A DNA stretch of 63,305 nt, the filler included, from Folioceros fuciformis (taxonomy: Eukaryota), in NCBI GenBank assembly GCA_049999805.1. It is 13 parts of 13 records of this genome, joined end to end, with 100 filler letters (N's around TTAATTAATTAA, not from the genome) between each part and the next. Parts side by side here need not be neighbours in the genome. Positions count along the whole stretch, not along the records: positions 27,752 to 42,620 come from JBNGIO010004703.1; positions 42,721 to 48,049 come from JBNGIO010004704.1; 11 more parts are not named here. One strand, given 5' to 3'. The translations under genes and the position numbers were made by a program. Below the pieces are notes generated by a model. The model was given only the letters and a program-made list of their open reading frames with translations. It was not told where the DNA came from and did not search any database. The stretch's first letter is position 1; the number at the start of each line of letters is the position of its first letter. This document shows positions 34,153 through 48,149 of the stretch, piece by piece.

Positions 34153-36300
34153 AGCTGGTGACATCGCACCAGAAACCAGCTGCTACGTTTTCCTTTCCTG
34201 CGAACCCGCAGCCAAGGCGCAGAGCAGCGGCGAGCCGGGCGTGGCAGGGGCAGAAGCAACACAGAGGAAGCCGACGGGGTTGGCGAAGAGAGAGGGACCG
34301 GAACCACCTCTCTGGCGGAAAAGAAGCGATTCAAAAAACAAGGCACAGAAAATGGAGGAAAGCAAGCGGACCGAGCAGAGAGGCAATGAGAGCCAAAGCG
34401 GCCTGCTCCTGAGCTCCGTCTGACACACAGCCAGCCCAGCGGGCGCAGGCCTCAAGGTGGCCGCAAGTCTAAGCTTCAAGCCTCCCTGTCTCCCTCCTCT
34501 ACCCTTCAGCCCTCTGCTCCAGCGCTCGTCTCTGGCTCTCCCTCTTTCGTCCTCTCCTCCCTCCCGGCAATGCAATCCCGCCTAGGTAGAAAACCCGCCT
34601 AGGAGACGAGAAGCAGTCATGAAGCCCGGCGATGGAGCATGGAAGAGCGGGAGGAGAGAAAGCAGGGCACTCATGGCGCTATCTTTCCAACAGCTCTACA
34701 ACGCAAAAGGAGTGGAGAGGGCGAAGTGTCCGCGCATAGGCCTGTCGCTAGTTGGGCGCGATCTGCGCCGGGGGTGGGGCCACGCTGGTGTTTTTCTTAA
34801 TCGCGATAACCAAATCGGTGATTGGACGCGTTGTTTGAACTCTAGCGACTATTTCCCGACTAAAAATGGGAGAAATTCAAACTGAAATGACGCTGCGTAG
34901 TGTGCACAACGGTCGGCGGGCAGGGCAGAGAACGGTCAGCAGAGCCAGCGTCGACTGCGGGCAGGTTACCCAGGGCGGCGCCCAAGATCCAGGCAATTAT
35001 GCAATGCGGATGGTGCATGCGTATGTACCCATGGGGGCACCCGACGCCAGCTAACAGGTAGGATGCTAAATGTAATTGCGGCCCCACCAGCTGTTGAAGC
35101 ACAAGCATATCTGCGGAACGAAGCTTTGCGGGGGCCCGCCATCGCTCCTTGCCATGTGACTTGTCCCAGGCCCTTGTCCAGACCCATGCTCTGAATCAAT
35201 CCATCTGCTCCCTCGTGCAGCCGGGCAAAACATTCCATCCCCTTTGTCACTATCTCTATAAATCTATAAACAAAGAAGAACCCACCGTGACATCTAAAAT
35301 GTCTTCTTGCGTTCTGTTTTTAGGTCTAATACTTTTTGAGATAACATCAAGTTAGAAGGGTTGAGTACATTTATGAGTTGGGAACTAGCTGCATCAATCT
35401 AAGCTTCTTCTTGCACGGTTGTTCCAATCTTTCGAGTTCTGAGGTTCTGCTATCGAAATCCATGTACACCTTCCTCCACGGATCAATTGGGGGGTTGCCA
35501 ATTATAGTGAGCATGAGAACCGAGTTTTCTTGGNNNNNNNNNNNNNNNNNNNNNNNNNNNNNNNNNNNNNNNNNNNNNNNNNNNNNNNNNNNNNNNNNNN
35601 NNNNNNNNNNNNNNNNNNNNNNNNNNNNNNNNNCCATTGTAGAACACTCTTTGCTTGTGAGGTGGAAAGTTTTGGAGAGCTTCTTGCTCGTTGTGGAGCT
35701 TCATCTTCATGAAATAAATAGGCTTCCCACTCTCCACCTCGACCACAAACTTCAAGCTTGAGAACCGCACAAAGATTTGCATTTTCGGATGCTACTCAGA
35801 AAAACTTAGCTCTTGTGCTTGTGATTATGTTGTCGTGTTCTAAGCTCGTTTATACTCAACCTAATGAAACCATATCAGCTTCAATTCTGGTTTTCTACTC
35901 TAGAAGCCATGTGACAACTAAGCTTCAAGTTGCATAAGACTTGTACTCACCTTCCTTACAAAGGAGCATGCGTTCCATAGAAGTCAAGGAATAGTGTCTA
36001 TCCTATATATGATAGGGGATTAAGCAGACCATATATAGCATGGTCCAAGAATAGTGTCCATCCTATATGTAGGAAATTAAGCAAAACATATATAGCATGG
36101 TCCAAGGAATGTATATAGCGTGTTCTTTCTTATCCAACTTATCCAATTTCAAAGGAACCCCAAACCCTAAACCTAGTTATAAGCGGTTCATGTACTAATT
36201 TGGGTTCTCATCCTTGATTCACTATGCACATACTTTACGTGCAATCTGTTGGTTTTCCGATGTGCCATTCAAGGCGTGATCTCGTGTGGGTACTTTGTTT

Positions 36301-36545
36301 ATGTGACCAAGGTGGGCTCCTATTCCATAGTGGCTTTGTTAATGTGACCAAGGTGGGCTCCTATTCCAGAGTGGCTTTGTTAATTCCAGAGTGGCTTTGT
36401 TAATTCCAGAGTGGCTTTGTTAATGTGACCAAGCTGGGCTCCTATTCCACAATGGCTTTGTTAACGTGACCAAGGTGGGCTCCTATTCCACAATGGCTTT
36501 GTTAACGTGACCAAGGTGGGCTCCTATTCCACAGTAGCTTTGTTA
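36301..36545. repeat. 41-bp tandem array (about 5 copies) with an internal roughly 20-bp sub-duplication; a further imperfect duplication of about 60 bp at 35985-36110
   Basis: Unit ATGTGACCAAGGTGGGCTCCTATTCCA(T/G/C)A(G/A)TGGCTTTGTTA; ATTCCAGAGTGGCTTTGTTA occurs three times in a row at about 36363-36422. Confidence 0.9.
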
Positions 36546-38082
36546 CCCAACTACGCTCCTATGACCAGCTATGGCTGCCCAGTGTTGTGACTCGTGGTTG
36601 GGGGTACTAGCTAGCTCCTCCACAAGTCATTCACATTTTAGCATTGTCATAGAGTTTGTTCTCCCTACTTCTTCTCTCATTGTTCTAGCTCTCATGTTAT
36701 GAGGCTATGTTCAATTATTCTCGTTTTCATAGACATTGTCATTTGCTGTGAAGTTGCTATCAATTTGCACTTGTCCCATTGCCTCCATACCAAACCTTGT
36801 CTTATCTTTCTACAAAATACCAGCAAAAGGGGAAGGACATAATGCACCGTTTTAATATGTTGTAAGTTAGGCCTCCCATGAATGACATGCACTTTTCTAG
36901 TGGTGGGTAGTCGTTATCTTAGCCCATCCTAGTAGGCTATGTATAGCACTCTCCAATTAATCGTTGGGAATTCTATCCACTACGACTAGGTGCAACTTGA
37001 TGCCTAGCAGCCATTGTAGCGAGACATGGCCACCATGGGTGCCTCTAAATACAAGACATTCTGTGTTTGGATGTCTTGTATTTAAAGGCACCATGAACGG
37101 TCAATCCTTTATTGAGTTCCAATTAAGCCCTTATCAACATCGAATAACTCCAAGCTCACTTGGCAATGCCTTTGTAGAGTGATGGAGACATGTTGTCGAA
37201 ATAGGATGTGACATAATGAAGATCCTCCTTAGTATAGGATGTCCCGATTGTTGCAGAGCTACATTCCTCCTTAAGCTAGGTTAGATTCATCATAGTCCAA
37301 GGATGTGCAAGTGAAGCTTCACCTTGTTTTTCTGCACTATCTTATGTCTCGTAGGAATGTGCATCTCAACTCGGAGAAGTTGTCTTCCAAGGTTGTTCAA
37401 ATTTTCTTTCTATATCTTGGAAAATTGATTGGTGCATGCATTGCAAATATTCGGGTACCAACCAAATGTCCCGATGGTCAATAATTACCTGCCTAGATAG
37501 CCGTTAGGGTACCTAGACTTAGGCGCAACCCAGCATAGACTTTGCACAAAGACCTTATCTATCTAGCTTGGGTCGAACTTAAAGAGCCAATTTGTGATGC
37601 GAGGGGCAGCAGTTGGTTATTTGGTCGCTTTTCTACACGCCATCTTCCGACCTGACCATCCCGAACGCCAACCAGGTCTGTGTCTGCAAAGGGACTTGCA
37701 AGATCATAATTGAAAGGGGGTATTATTTTTTCAGATAGTATCTGATATTCTGGTAAAAATCGCATACAGGTAGAGAGCGAAGGGTCAAGCTAAGGTGGAT
37801 GTAATGAAAAGAAATATCGCAAAATGAAATTGTAATGGGGTCCGTGGAGGACTAGTCACCTTGATTGCTTTCATCTGGGGGAGACGAGGGTCGAGGTTGG
37901 GCGTGTGGGAGTTTGTGCTGGGCATCCATGCGTGCGGGCATCGCTATGCCGTGCGACGAGCTCCGTCAGGCACTGGTCCCAGCAGTTATGCAGCTGAAAC
38001 CTTTACACTCAGGATCGATGTCCGAGGACTGTACGAAGGGGCATTGTGGGGTTGCTGTTTTGCTGCGGTAAGAGAGCTCACT

Positions 38083-40439
38083 ATGAACTCTCCAAAGCGA
38101 TCCAGGGTCGCTGAGGAGGATACTGGGAGCCTCGTAGCAAAGAAGGTGTCTACAGCTCGTTCCGTTCAGGAGGAGGGTCACCCACTAGTACGGCTGGTGG
38201 AACAGCGTCGCAGCGACGTGACTGAGCTGGTGGAACACATTGCCAGGCTGCGAGCGAAGGTAAAATTGGCGTATGAGGTTTTGCAGAGGGCAGGCATGGC
38301 CTTCCAGTTTTTTGTTTTTTCGGCAACTGAGTGGCACCTAGTTTTTCTCGAGTTCTAAGTTGCTTTCAATCAGTTGAATTGAATCGGACCGTTGTCTTTG
38401 CAGCTGGTGGTTGCCCGAAAGAAATCTCATGAGGCCAGCACTCTGCTGAAGCAACTGCAAGCTCAGGAAACGGATTGCTCAGGTGTTCCAGAAGAACCGG
38501 ACAGCTTCAGAATTTCAGAAGATGGCGGAAAGGACTTGCTTCAAGGGCGTCAGGGTAGTCTTCCCGTGGGGTCCTTGGCGTGTACTCTGCCCGAGCATCT
38601 GCCGCCCAGTATTGTTCTCAGTATTCCTGGAGGATCTTCCCGAACGAGTAGTGGGTCGGGACGGGGAACTGGAGATTTATTTGGTTTTGGGGATGGTGTA
38701 GCAGGTGGAGGTGTGTTGTCTGGGCAAGCTGATGCTGATACGGAGAGGACTTCGGGGCGGGCAAGCTTGTCGGGTAAAGCGCGTTGAGTGATTTGAAATG
38801 GCCGGAACAGTTTCTCCAGTCACCTATGCGGAGTCCGAATTTATGCCAGCTTACCCATATGGAGATTGCCACTATTTTCAGGGCATGAGTGTACATCTCC
38901 AGAAGAAAGGCTGCACAAGGAGCACGTTAACTTAACCTCTTGCGTCAAAACAAGTGACATGCCACTGCCCGTCTGTTTCAATCCCCCAGTTTATGTTCCT
39001 AGCCAACGAAAACGGAAGCTTAGGTGTCTGGAAGTGAACCCCGTTGCAGAAAACCAGTGTGCAACTACGTGCGTGCTACCTGGCATAGGCTATTTTTTGC
39101 TGAACGTGGTCCGTGCCTGCTAGGTGATGCTGTGACTAGACTAAGTTTGAACTGAATGCTGGACTTGCAGTGCTTTGGATGGCCAACTTTGTTTCTGGCG
39201 TATTGATGGCCCTGGGTAAGATGGTCCATAGCCCTCTTGATACTTTGTGTAACGGAAGCTATCAACAGTCTCGGTAGATTTTGCAAGAAATGTTCTTGAT
39301 CTCTCTTAATTTCAATGGTCCATTTCTAGGCATTCGTTCTCTCTGCAACACACAGTCGATTGTCTTTCTCCTAGCCAGAAGAGGTGGCCAGAAGATGTGG
39401 ATTGGCATCCGTCGGGGGAAAGCTTAGTTGCCTGCTACAGTGCAGACGCTGGGGACTCACAAGTTTCCATCATATCGAATACGGAGCGGGTGAGTGTCAT
39501 CTATTGAAGCATCCTAGGCTTGCTCTTTGACCCTCCATGCTAGTACCCATTACGAAGGAAGAGGTCAGCAGTGAGTGCCATACCAGCGTGTTGTGTTTCA
39601 GAGTTGGAGCTTGTGCGATACGTGTCTGCTTTTTCTTGCAGAGAACAGCCGTTTTCCTTCCGGACAAACCCCATGGCAAAGGCATAATCAATGGCATAGT
39701 ATACCTGCCCTGGAGTAATGGTCAAGATTTCGCAACAGGAGGTTGTGACCATGCAGTGGTTCTGTGGAAGAGAAGGGATGGGAAGGCTGATGGCTGGCAA
39801 CCAAAGGTTTTGCACAGGACTCTTCACACTTCGGCAGTGATGGGCATTGCAAGTTTGAGGCACAAAGAATGGATTCTTTCTTCTGGTGCAGACAAACGTG
39901 TCTTTGGGTACGACTTACAGGCTGCAAACGCACCCTTGAGCCAACTGCTGGAAACTAAGGTCATCAACGTGGTGCCCAATCCGGTGGATTTCAACATATA
40001 CCTGGCGCAAACAGGGTCAGTTGTTCGTCACACCGTGTTTGTTGTTCAGTCTTGTTTTCTGGAGGTAGTTTCGGAGCTTCAAAATGGTTACGTTTTTTCA
40101 TTTTCTTGAATCAGCAGAGCTCCGGGACTCCAGATAAAGCTTTTTGACATTCGATCTCCGGGGTCATACATTCATAATTACGGTTGGTATCAGGACAATG
40201 GTGAGAGCCAAACTGCACTCATCAGATCGTCGTGGTCTCCGGATGGCCTTTATACAGTCACAGGCTCTACTGATCCAAAGATTCATATATTTGACATTCG
40301 CTACATTCGCCCAGATCCTGTTAAAATCATCAAAGCCCATACCAAGCGAGTTTTCAAGGCTGTATGGCATCATACCCTACCATTAGTCGTCTCTATTTCA
40401 TCTGACTATCAGATTGGGTTGCATAGACTTTGGAACTGA
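38083..40439 (+). CDS. WD40-repeat protein with N-terminal coiled coil (resembles Arabidopsis At5g50970), 7 exons
   Basis: Exons 38083-38259, 38404-38773, 38882-39068, 39171-39215, 39330-39489, 39642-40015, 40118-40439. Motifs SQRKRKLRCL, KRWPEDVDWHPSG, KPHGKGIING, FATGGCDHAVVLW, HTSAVMGI, IKLFDIR, AHTKRVFKAVWH. Confidence 0.88.
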
Positions 40440-40663
40440 TGGTCATGTTAACTGAAGTCATTTTATTTCCCTGGTATCTATGACATTTGTCCAGAAAATA
40501 CCACTAGGGACACAACCATATTTTATGCCGCGGACAACATTACGTATACAACTCATCAAGGGAATACGGCTACAAAATTGCGAGTCACCTGCTACCACGT
40601 TCTTCTGCCAGGACGAGTATTCCTGTCAGATAACCCTTGCATCGTTTGCGGGGGTTGCAGATA

Positions 40664-42490
<1,827 letters not shown>

Positions 42491-43836
42491 CTGGAAGAGC
42501 AGAATCCAATCAATATGGTCACACTATGAGCCAGGCAGGCAATATACAACGAAATAAGTTCTCAAGGTGCAGGTCCTCTTGTGAGCATGAGGCGGCGGGG
42601 GGGGGGGTGGGGGGGTGTCGNNNNNNNNNNNNNNNNNNNNNNNNNNNNNNNNNNNNNNNNNNNNTTAATTAATTAANNNNNNNNNNNNNNNNNNNNNNNN
42701 NNNNNNNNNNNNNNNNNNNNCCACACAACTCTGCCCACGTCATCCCTCCCGCTTCACACATCAAAGGGACAAAGCCCAAGGGCAAGAACTCACACGAGGG
42801 ACCCCGAGAGCAAACCAAACAAACAGAGCAACAATCAGACACCGCCTTCCCTCCCCCTCCTCCTCCTCCTGACACACCCGGCCCCGGACAGCCAGACGCA
42901 AAAGCGCACCACACATGCTGTGGTTGTGAAACAAACATCGGTACATATGTACGTCGGGCGTGCACGGTGCACGGTGCAACGGCAAGGGGGTTTGTCCACA
43001 AACGGTGCCGCCGGTGTGGAGACTGCAATGTACAATTTCGCGGTGGTGCAGGCGCAGGTGAGGGTGCAGATTCCTCCACTCGCAGTGTGGCCCCGCACGG
43101 GGGGCGCCTATATCGCCTAACATGCATTATTAACCTGGCTATGGCGTCACTCCTACTTCGAGTGCCGCGCGGGCGGGGCCCCTCGGGCCCCCTCCCGCCA
43201 ATGGGCCCCCGGCACGACCTGCACAATCCGATCCTTCTCTAAATGAGGCTGCACCCATCACTCCACGAGGACCCTCGCCACACGCCCTCCTTTAGAGTTT
43301 TCCTCCTCTATATTCCGGCAATGAGTCGTCACCAAAAAACACATGTCCGCGATCCACTGCCTCATTCCACCTCCAGTACATACCTTCCTTCTCTTCTGTC
43401 TCCTTCCCGGACCTGGAAATAGAAACCAACCATGAATTATACATACATATAATATAAGCACAATTCCAACCATGAGCCTCCCTCAAACCCTAAACCCTTT
43501 TGGATTGTTCCACCCTAAACCCTTTTGGATTGTTCCGAATAATAAGTATGTGTAGCCTTTGGTTTCGGATATCACCTCTAAAACGGTATATGTCTAAATA
43601 AGATTTATAAAGTTTATGTTATTAGTATGATTATTTTATATGCCATATTCAGGATTTAAATGGGGCAGCTGCATCCCTCCTATAAAGTCCTTTGGGCCCA
43701 ACACTATCCTCTATACCCAGACAAAGGAGTTGTTGAATGAGATCTTCTCTTCAAGTCTTACTCCAAGACTTAACTTTGTAGACATATTGTGCTAATGGTT
43801 TTTGCATTTGTTACTTTAAATCTAGTAGCTCACACA

Positions 43837-44325
43837 ATGGATGTAACATTAATTTGTCAACATCTTATTCAATTAGTAGTTTTCATAGCACCAATACAAC
43901 AAGCATGGGCCAGGGCACTACGAGAACTAAACAGCTTACAAATGTTGGATGTTGTTTCACCAACAGCCAATGAATTTGTTCCAATACCCATACCAGAAGT
44001 TTCCCATGAACTACTTAACACAACACAATTTTGTGTACTATGTATATTATCGATACTAACTTGTGTCATAGTAGTTACTTGGGTATGTTGTAAAAAAGAA
44101 ATATCCTCATTTTTACAACGAGACAGAAGAATACCAGCTACTGCACCAACACCGGCACCAGCACTTGCACTTGCACCAGCACCAGCACTTAGACAAGTTC
44201 AAAGTTTTCTTGACATATCGAAATTGAATCAAATAATTCCATTCATACTATACAAGGCAGAAGAGGGTGTGAATGAAGAATGTTGTATATGTTTAGATAA
44301 AATCGTGGACAATCAAAAAGTTAAG
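43837..44325 (+). pseudogene. ATL-type RING-H2 E3 ligase gene truncated within the RING
   Basis: TM segment (FCVLCILSILTCVIVVTWVCC), GLD-like FLDISKLNQIIPFILYK, then EECCICLDKIVDNQKVK; similarity stops at 44326, before the CxHxxH half. TATAAAG at 43681. Confidence 0.65.
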
Positions 44326-47300
44326 TGTACAAGGAACAATTGCTTCTCTCTTCGTATAGTGGCATGAGTCTTTTGTTTTCAATATCATCCCAAACTTATC
44401 TTAGGTAGGTTTTGATTAGTGGTGGGAACTATCCCCTCTAACTACTCAATAGTCTTTATTGGGTTGCAGCCCCATTGAATGGGTTTTGGTATCTCTTGTT
44501 TTCAATGAAGTTTGTCTTCATGTTCCCTGTTGATCCAAATACATTACACGCTAGTATGGAATCATCCGAATGAGGCTAGTATGGATGTGCAAATCCTTAT
44601 GTCTATGTTCTTCTATAATACAACATATCATATGTTATCATCATCAATAAACATAACTCAAGTTTGCCGAGAATTATATGAACTTATAGATATCATACTT
44701 GCAAGGTTGTTGAGTCCCTCCCCCTCAAGAAGAGGTTGATGATGGACTGAAGGAAAGAGGCATTTTTCAAATAAAATGGCTTTAGGTCTCCAACTGAACC
44801 CTAAAAAGTAGTAGAAGGAAAACCATTTAAAAAAATATATTTCAAATCATTTTTCTTAAGGGAAAAATTATTTTTACCCCCCCCCCTCTCTTTCCCTTAT
44901 TTCTATTTTTTATATGTGAAAATACCTATTGTTTTAGTTAAAATAGCTTTAGGCCTCCAAATATGGATTAAAAGGCTTTATTCCACACTTCACTGAAGTA
45001 CAAAATGTCTTGAGAAATTAAAAATAAATAAAAATACTTTATGCCTCTAGCTAAAAAATATTTGCCGAGGTTTGGGCTCCTAGAGCCCGAGCCCTCGGCC
45101 TCCTGCCTCCCTTTTGTTAGGGAGGGACTACGGGACCCCTAGGTGATGGCTTCCTCTCTTGATTGGGCAAGGGCTTCAAGTTCCCAAGGCAATGGCCATC
45201 GTCTTGCTTAGGGAGTGGCTCCGAGACTTCTAGGCCAAGACTATAGCCTCCCTCCCATGTGAAGAGGGGCTTCATGAGCCACAACCTCCCACTCACTCAC
45301 CTCGAGAAGGACCTACAACATCCCTCAAGGCCTACTTATATTGCCTTCATCACGAGGATGTTAGATGTGTGGTTATCGAAAGATTCTTAGAAAAGAAAAC
45401 CCAGCAACCTTCGTGATGAGTAGACATAATGCCTCCGTATCATAAACGAAGCTCCGTTTGTGTTAATCCAAAAATCACATACAGTGGGACCATCAACTTC
45501 TGTCTTGCGCACACGCCATCCATCTCGGATTAAAGTGATAAGAGAATTTTGCGGCCCTTGTGTTCGTGTCCTTTTAATAGCAAGTGTTACTTTGTAGATG
45601 TTAATTTGCGAGGGTGTTGATTTTCAAGTGTCACTTTGCGGGTGGCTCTTCATGCAAGTATCGTCTGTGTTGTGCTTCTTACACTTGGTGCTGCTCAGCT
45701 TCGTGGTTTTCTTTGTTATGAGATGGTTTTCTTTCTATCACTCCGATACTTGCTGTTACTTAGCATTGCGGTTTTCTATGTTGTTGGGTATCACTCCAAT
45801 ACTTGCTACTACTTAGGTCTATTGTTTTCTGTGATGTTGGATGTCAATTCGATATCTGTTTTACTCCTACAGCTCCAATACTTGTGTCCCTCCTCTACCT
45901 GCTCTTTTGGTGTTGCTCTACTGCATGGATCTCATCTACCATATTAGGCAACTTGCACTTTCATCCACTACCCCAACTCATCAGCTTGTTATCTCAAGAC
46001 TTTAGAATCAAAGGTGTGCTTCTAAGACCATAGAGAGAACATTTTCCTTGATTGCATTGTTTAAGAAATATGTGTGAATCATTTGTACAAGAGTAACCTT
46101 GGGAGACACCATTTGGGAGGCTCTTACTCCAAAGATATTGCTTGCCTACATAGATTTGTTGTGACCAATCTACAATGTCAAAACAAGATGAATAATTTAA
46201 AGAAACAGTACAAGGTGGAAATAAAGGAACAAAGGAATACTCCTGGTACTTAGGTAGGAACAAAGGAGAAGACATGAGGGAGGAACGACATGTAAGCACG
46301 AAAAGGCGCTACTCCTGGTACTTAGGTAGGAACAAAGGAAAAGACAAGAGGAGGAAGAAGAAACCGGATGAGGTGAAAAACTACCCAAGTACAAGTAACA
46401 TGTGGGGTTGTCAGTCCCATAGTCGCAGCCACACGGCTTGCGGGTGTTTGTAGTAACATCCTTAGAGTCCGTCCCACGAGTCCGGTGTCATGCTGGAAGC
46501 ATCTATCTACTCACCCACTCTACCACTCTACTCACAGGACCATCTATAGGTCACTCCTAGGCGAGGTGGGGTGGCTAAAGACCCACCAAAGGTTGAGAGA
46601 GCGATGAAAGAACTAGTCCGTTGGCAATGCTAGTTCTTTCATCCAACTAGAAGTGTTGAGGCGACCCGTGTTGACAGTACCTCCAGGGACTCCTTCCCGC
46701 AGCTTTACCCCTTCGGCTAACGGTGACTACACCCACGGTTGACGCTACAAAACCTGACCACAACGCCCTCACGTCCACCTCCACCGAGGTGGTGGCACAC
46801 ACCAACTAGCGGGGTCCTCCGCTCCAGTCCAAGAGCTGGGAGAAGTGGTATTGTCTACCTACAGCTAGGTGCATTTTATGGACTTAGGCCTCCGCTACCG
46901 ACTGCGCTTGGCGTCCTTTCACCAACTTTTCCAGCTAGCTACTAACATATCTAAAGTGCCGTGCAAGACCCTGAGAGCTTGTTCAAATCACACCACGTCC
47001 AATTCACTGACTTTCTTTAGAATCTCGGCGCGAGTCGAGACTTTAATAAGGGGAGGATTCTCAAGCGGGAAGTGTGCTAAGGGATTTGAGGCCATTCTAT
47101 TGGAAAATCTTGCCACCAGATTTCCAAGATGTGGCTTCCATGGCTCACCTGCCACAGCGAGCCGAAACCGGCACCGGCACTGTCACCGCTGGTGTAGTTT
47201 CTTAAAAGATCCTTCTTCTCGAGCCTGTTGTCCTCCATCCCATCCTTTCCACATGGGAGCTACTATCTCCAGCTCATCTTTAAACACCACTAACGGTATT

Positions 47301-47454
47301 GAATCCACAGTCGAGGCGAACCCTGCTTCGAGTGCATTTTTTAACCCCCAAGCAGCCCGACTACCGGGTCGTGTAATTACAAATTGCCGTGCAGGCCCAG
47401 TTTGCTTGGAGCCTGCAGCAGCAAAGCCCATCGACAGCTTGTATTAAAACAAGC

Positions 47455-47811
47455 TTAGCTTATGTTGTTAAGCGACAATAATAATACCCACCAATGCGCC
47501 TGTGCTAAGCTTGTTCTTACTAATGCTGCTACCCCGGGTTCCCCAGAAATGAAGACTGAGGGGCCGTCCGGGATGGACCCTGAGAGCTGGTTGTAGGAAA
47601 CATTGAGGAAGGTCAACGCCGCTAACCCTGCAAAAGACCCCGGAATCTGGCCCGATAGGTTGTTGTCAGACATGTCTAGACTCTGCAACTTGGACAGCCC
47701 ACCAAGGGTACCTAGGATGCTCCCATTGAACCCGTTGTGACTCAGATTCAGCTCGTAGATGAGGCTGGTGAGGCTCCCGAGTGTAGTAGCGATGGTCCCG
47801 CACGTGAGCAC
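47455..47811 (-). pseudogene. Plant extracellular LRR (RLK/RLP) fragment
   Basis: [71 protein letters not shown]; no upstream LRRs, TM or kinase in frame. Confidence 0.8.
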
Positions 47812-48149
47812 GAATCACTTGATCGGGCTCCCCGGGAGGAATCTGCTTCCAGAACTCGGTGCAGTTCTTAGCGCCCCCCTTGGAGACACTCTCCAGGGAG
47901 GTCACTCGAGAGCAAAGCTCATCGCTGCATCGCCACACGGAGAGTTCAAACATGAGGTGGTCCAGCTGGGAGAAGTAGAGGTCGGTGGCTATGAAGCGTG
48001 CGAGGCGACAGACATCGCTGGTAACCTCTACCGTGACTCTGGGGTGGCCNNNNNNNNNNNNNNNNNNNNNNNNNNNNNNNNNNNNNNNNNNNNTTAATTA
48101 ATTAANNNNNNNNNNNNNNNNNNNNNNNNNNNNNNNNNNNNNNNNNNNN

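Noticed and set aside
36301-36545. CRISPR-like appearance of the 41-bp arrays (also 6112-6274)
   Set aside because: Units are head-to-tail with no unique spacers, there are no cas genes, and the context is eukaryotic.
34960-37520. Possible degenerate terminal inverted repeats near 34960-35030 and 37450-37520
   Set aside because: Similarity is limited to a few short words (CAGG(C/T)AATTAT, GTACCC) and no TSD is visible.
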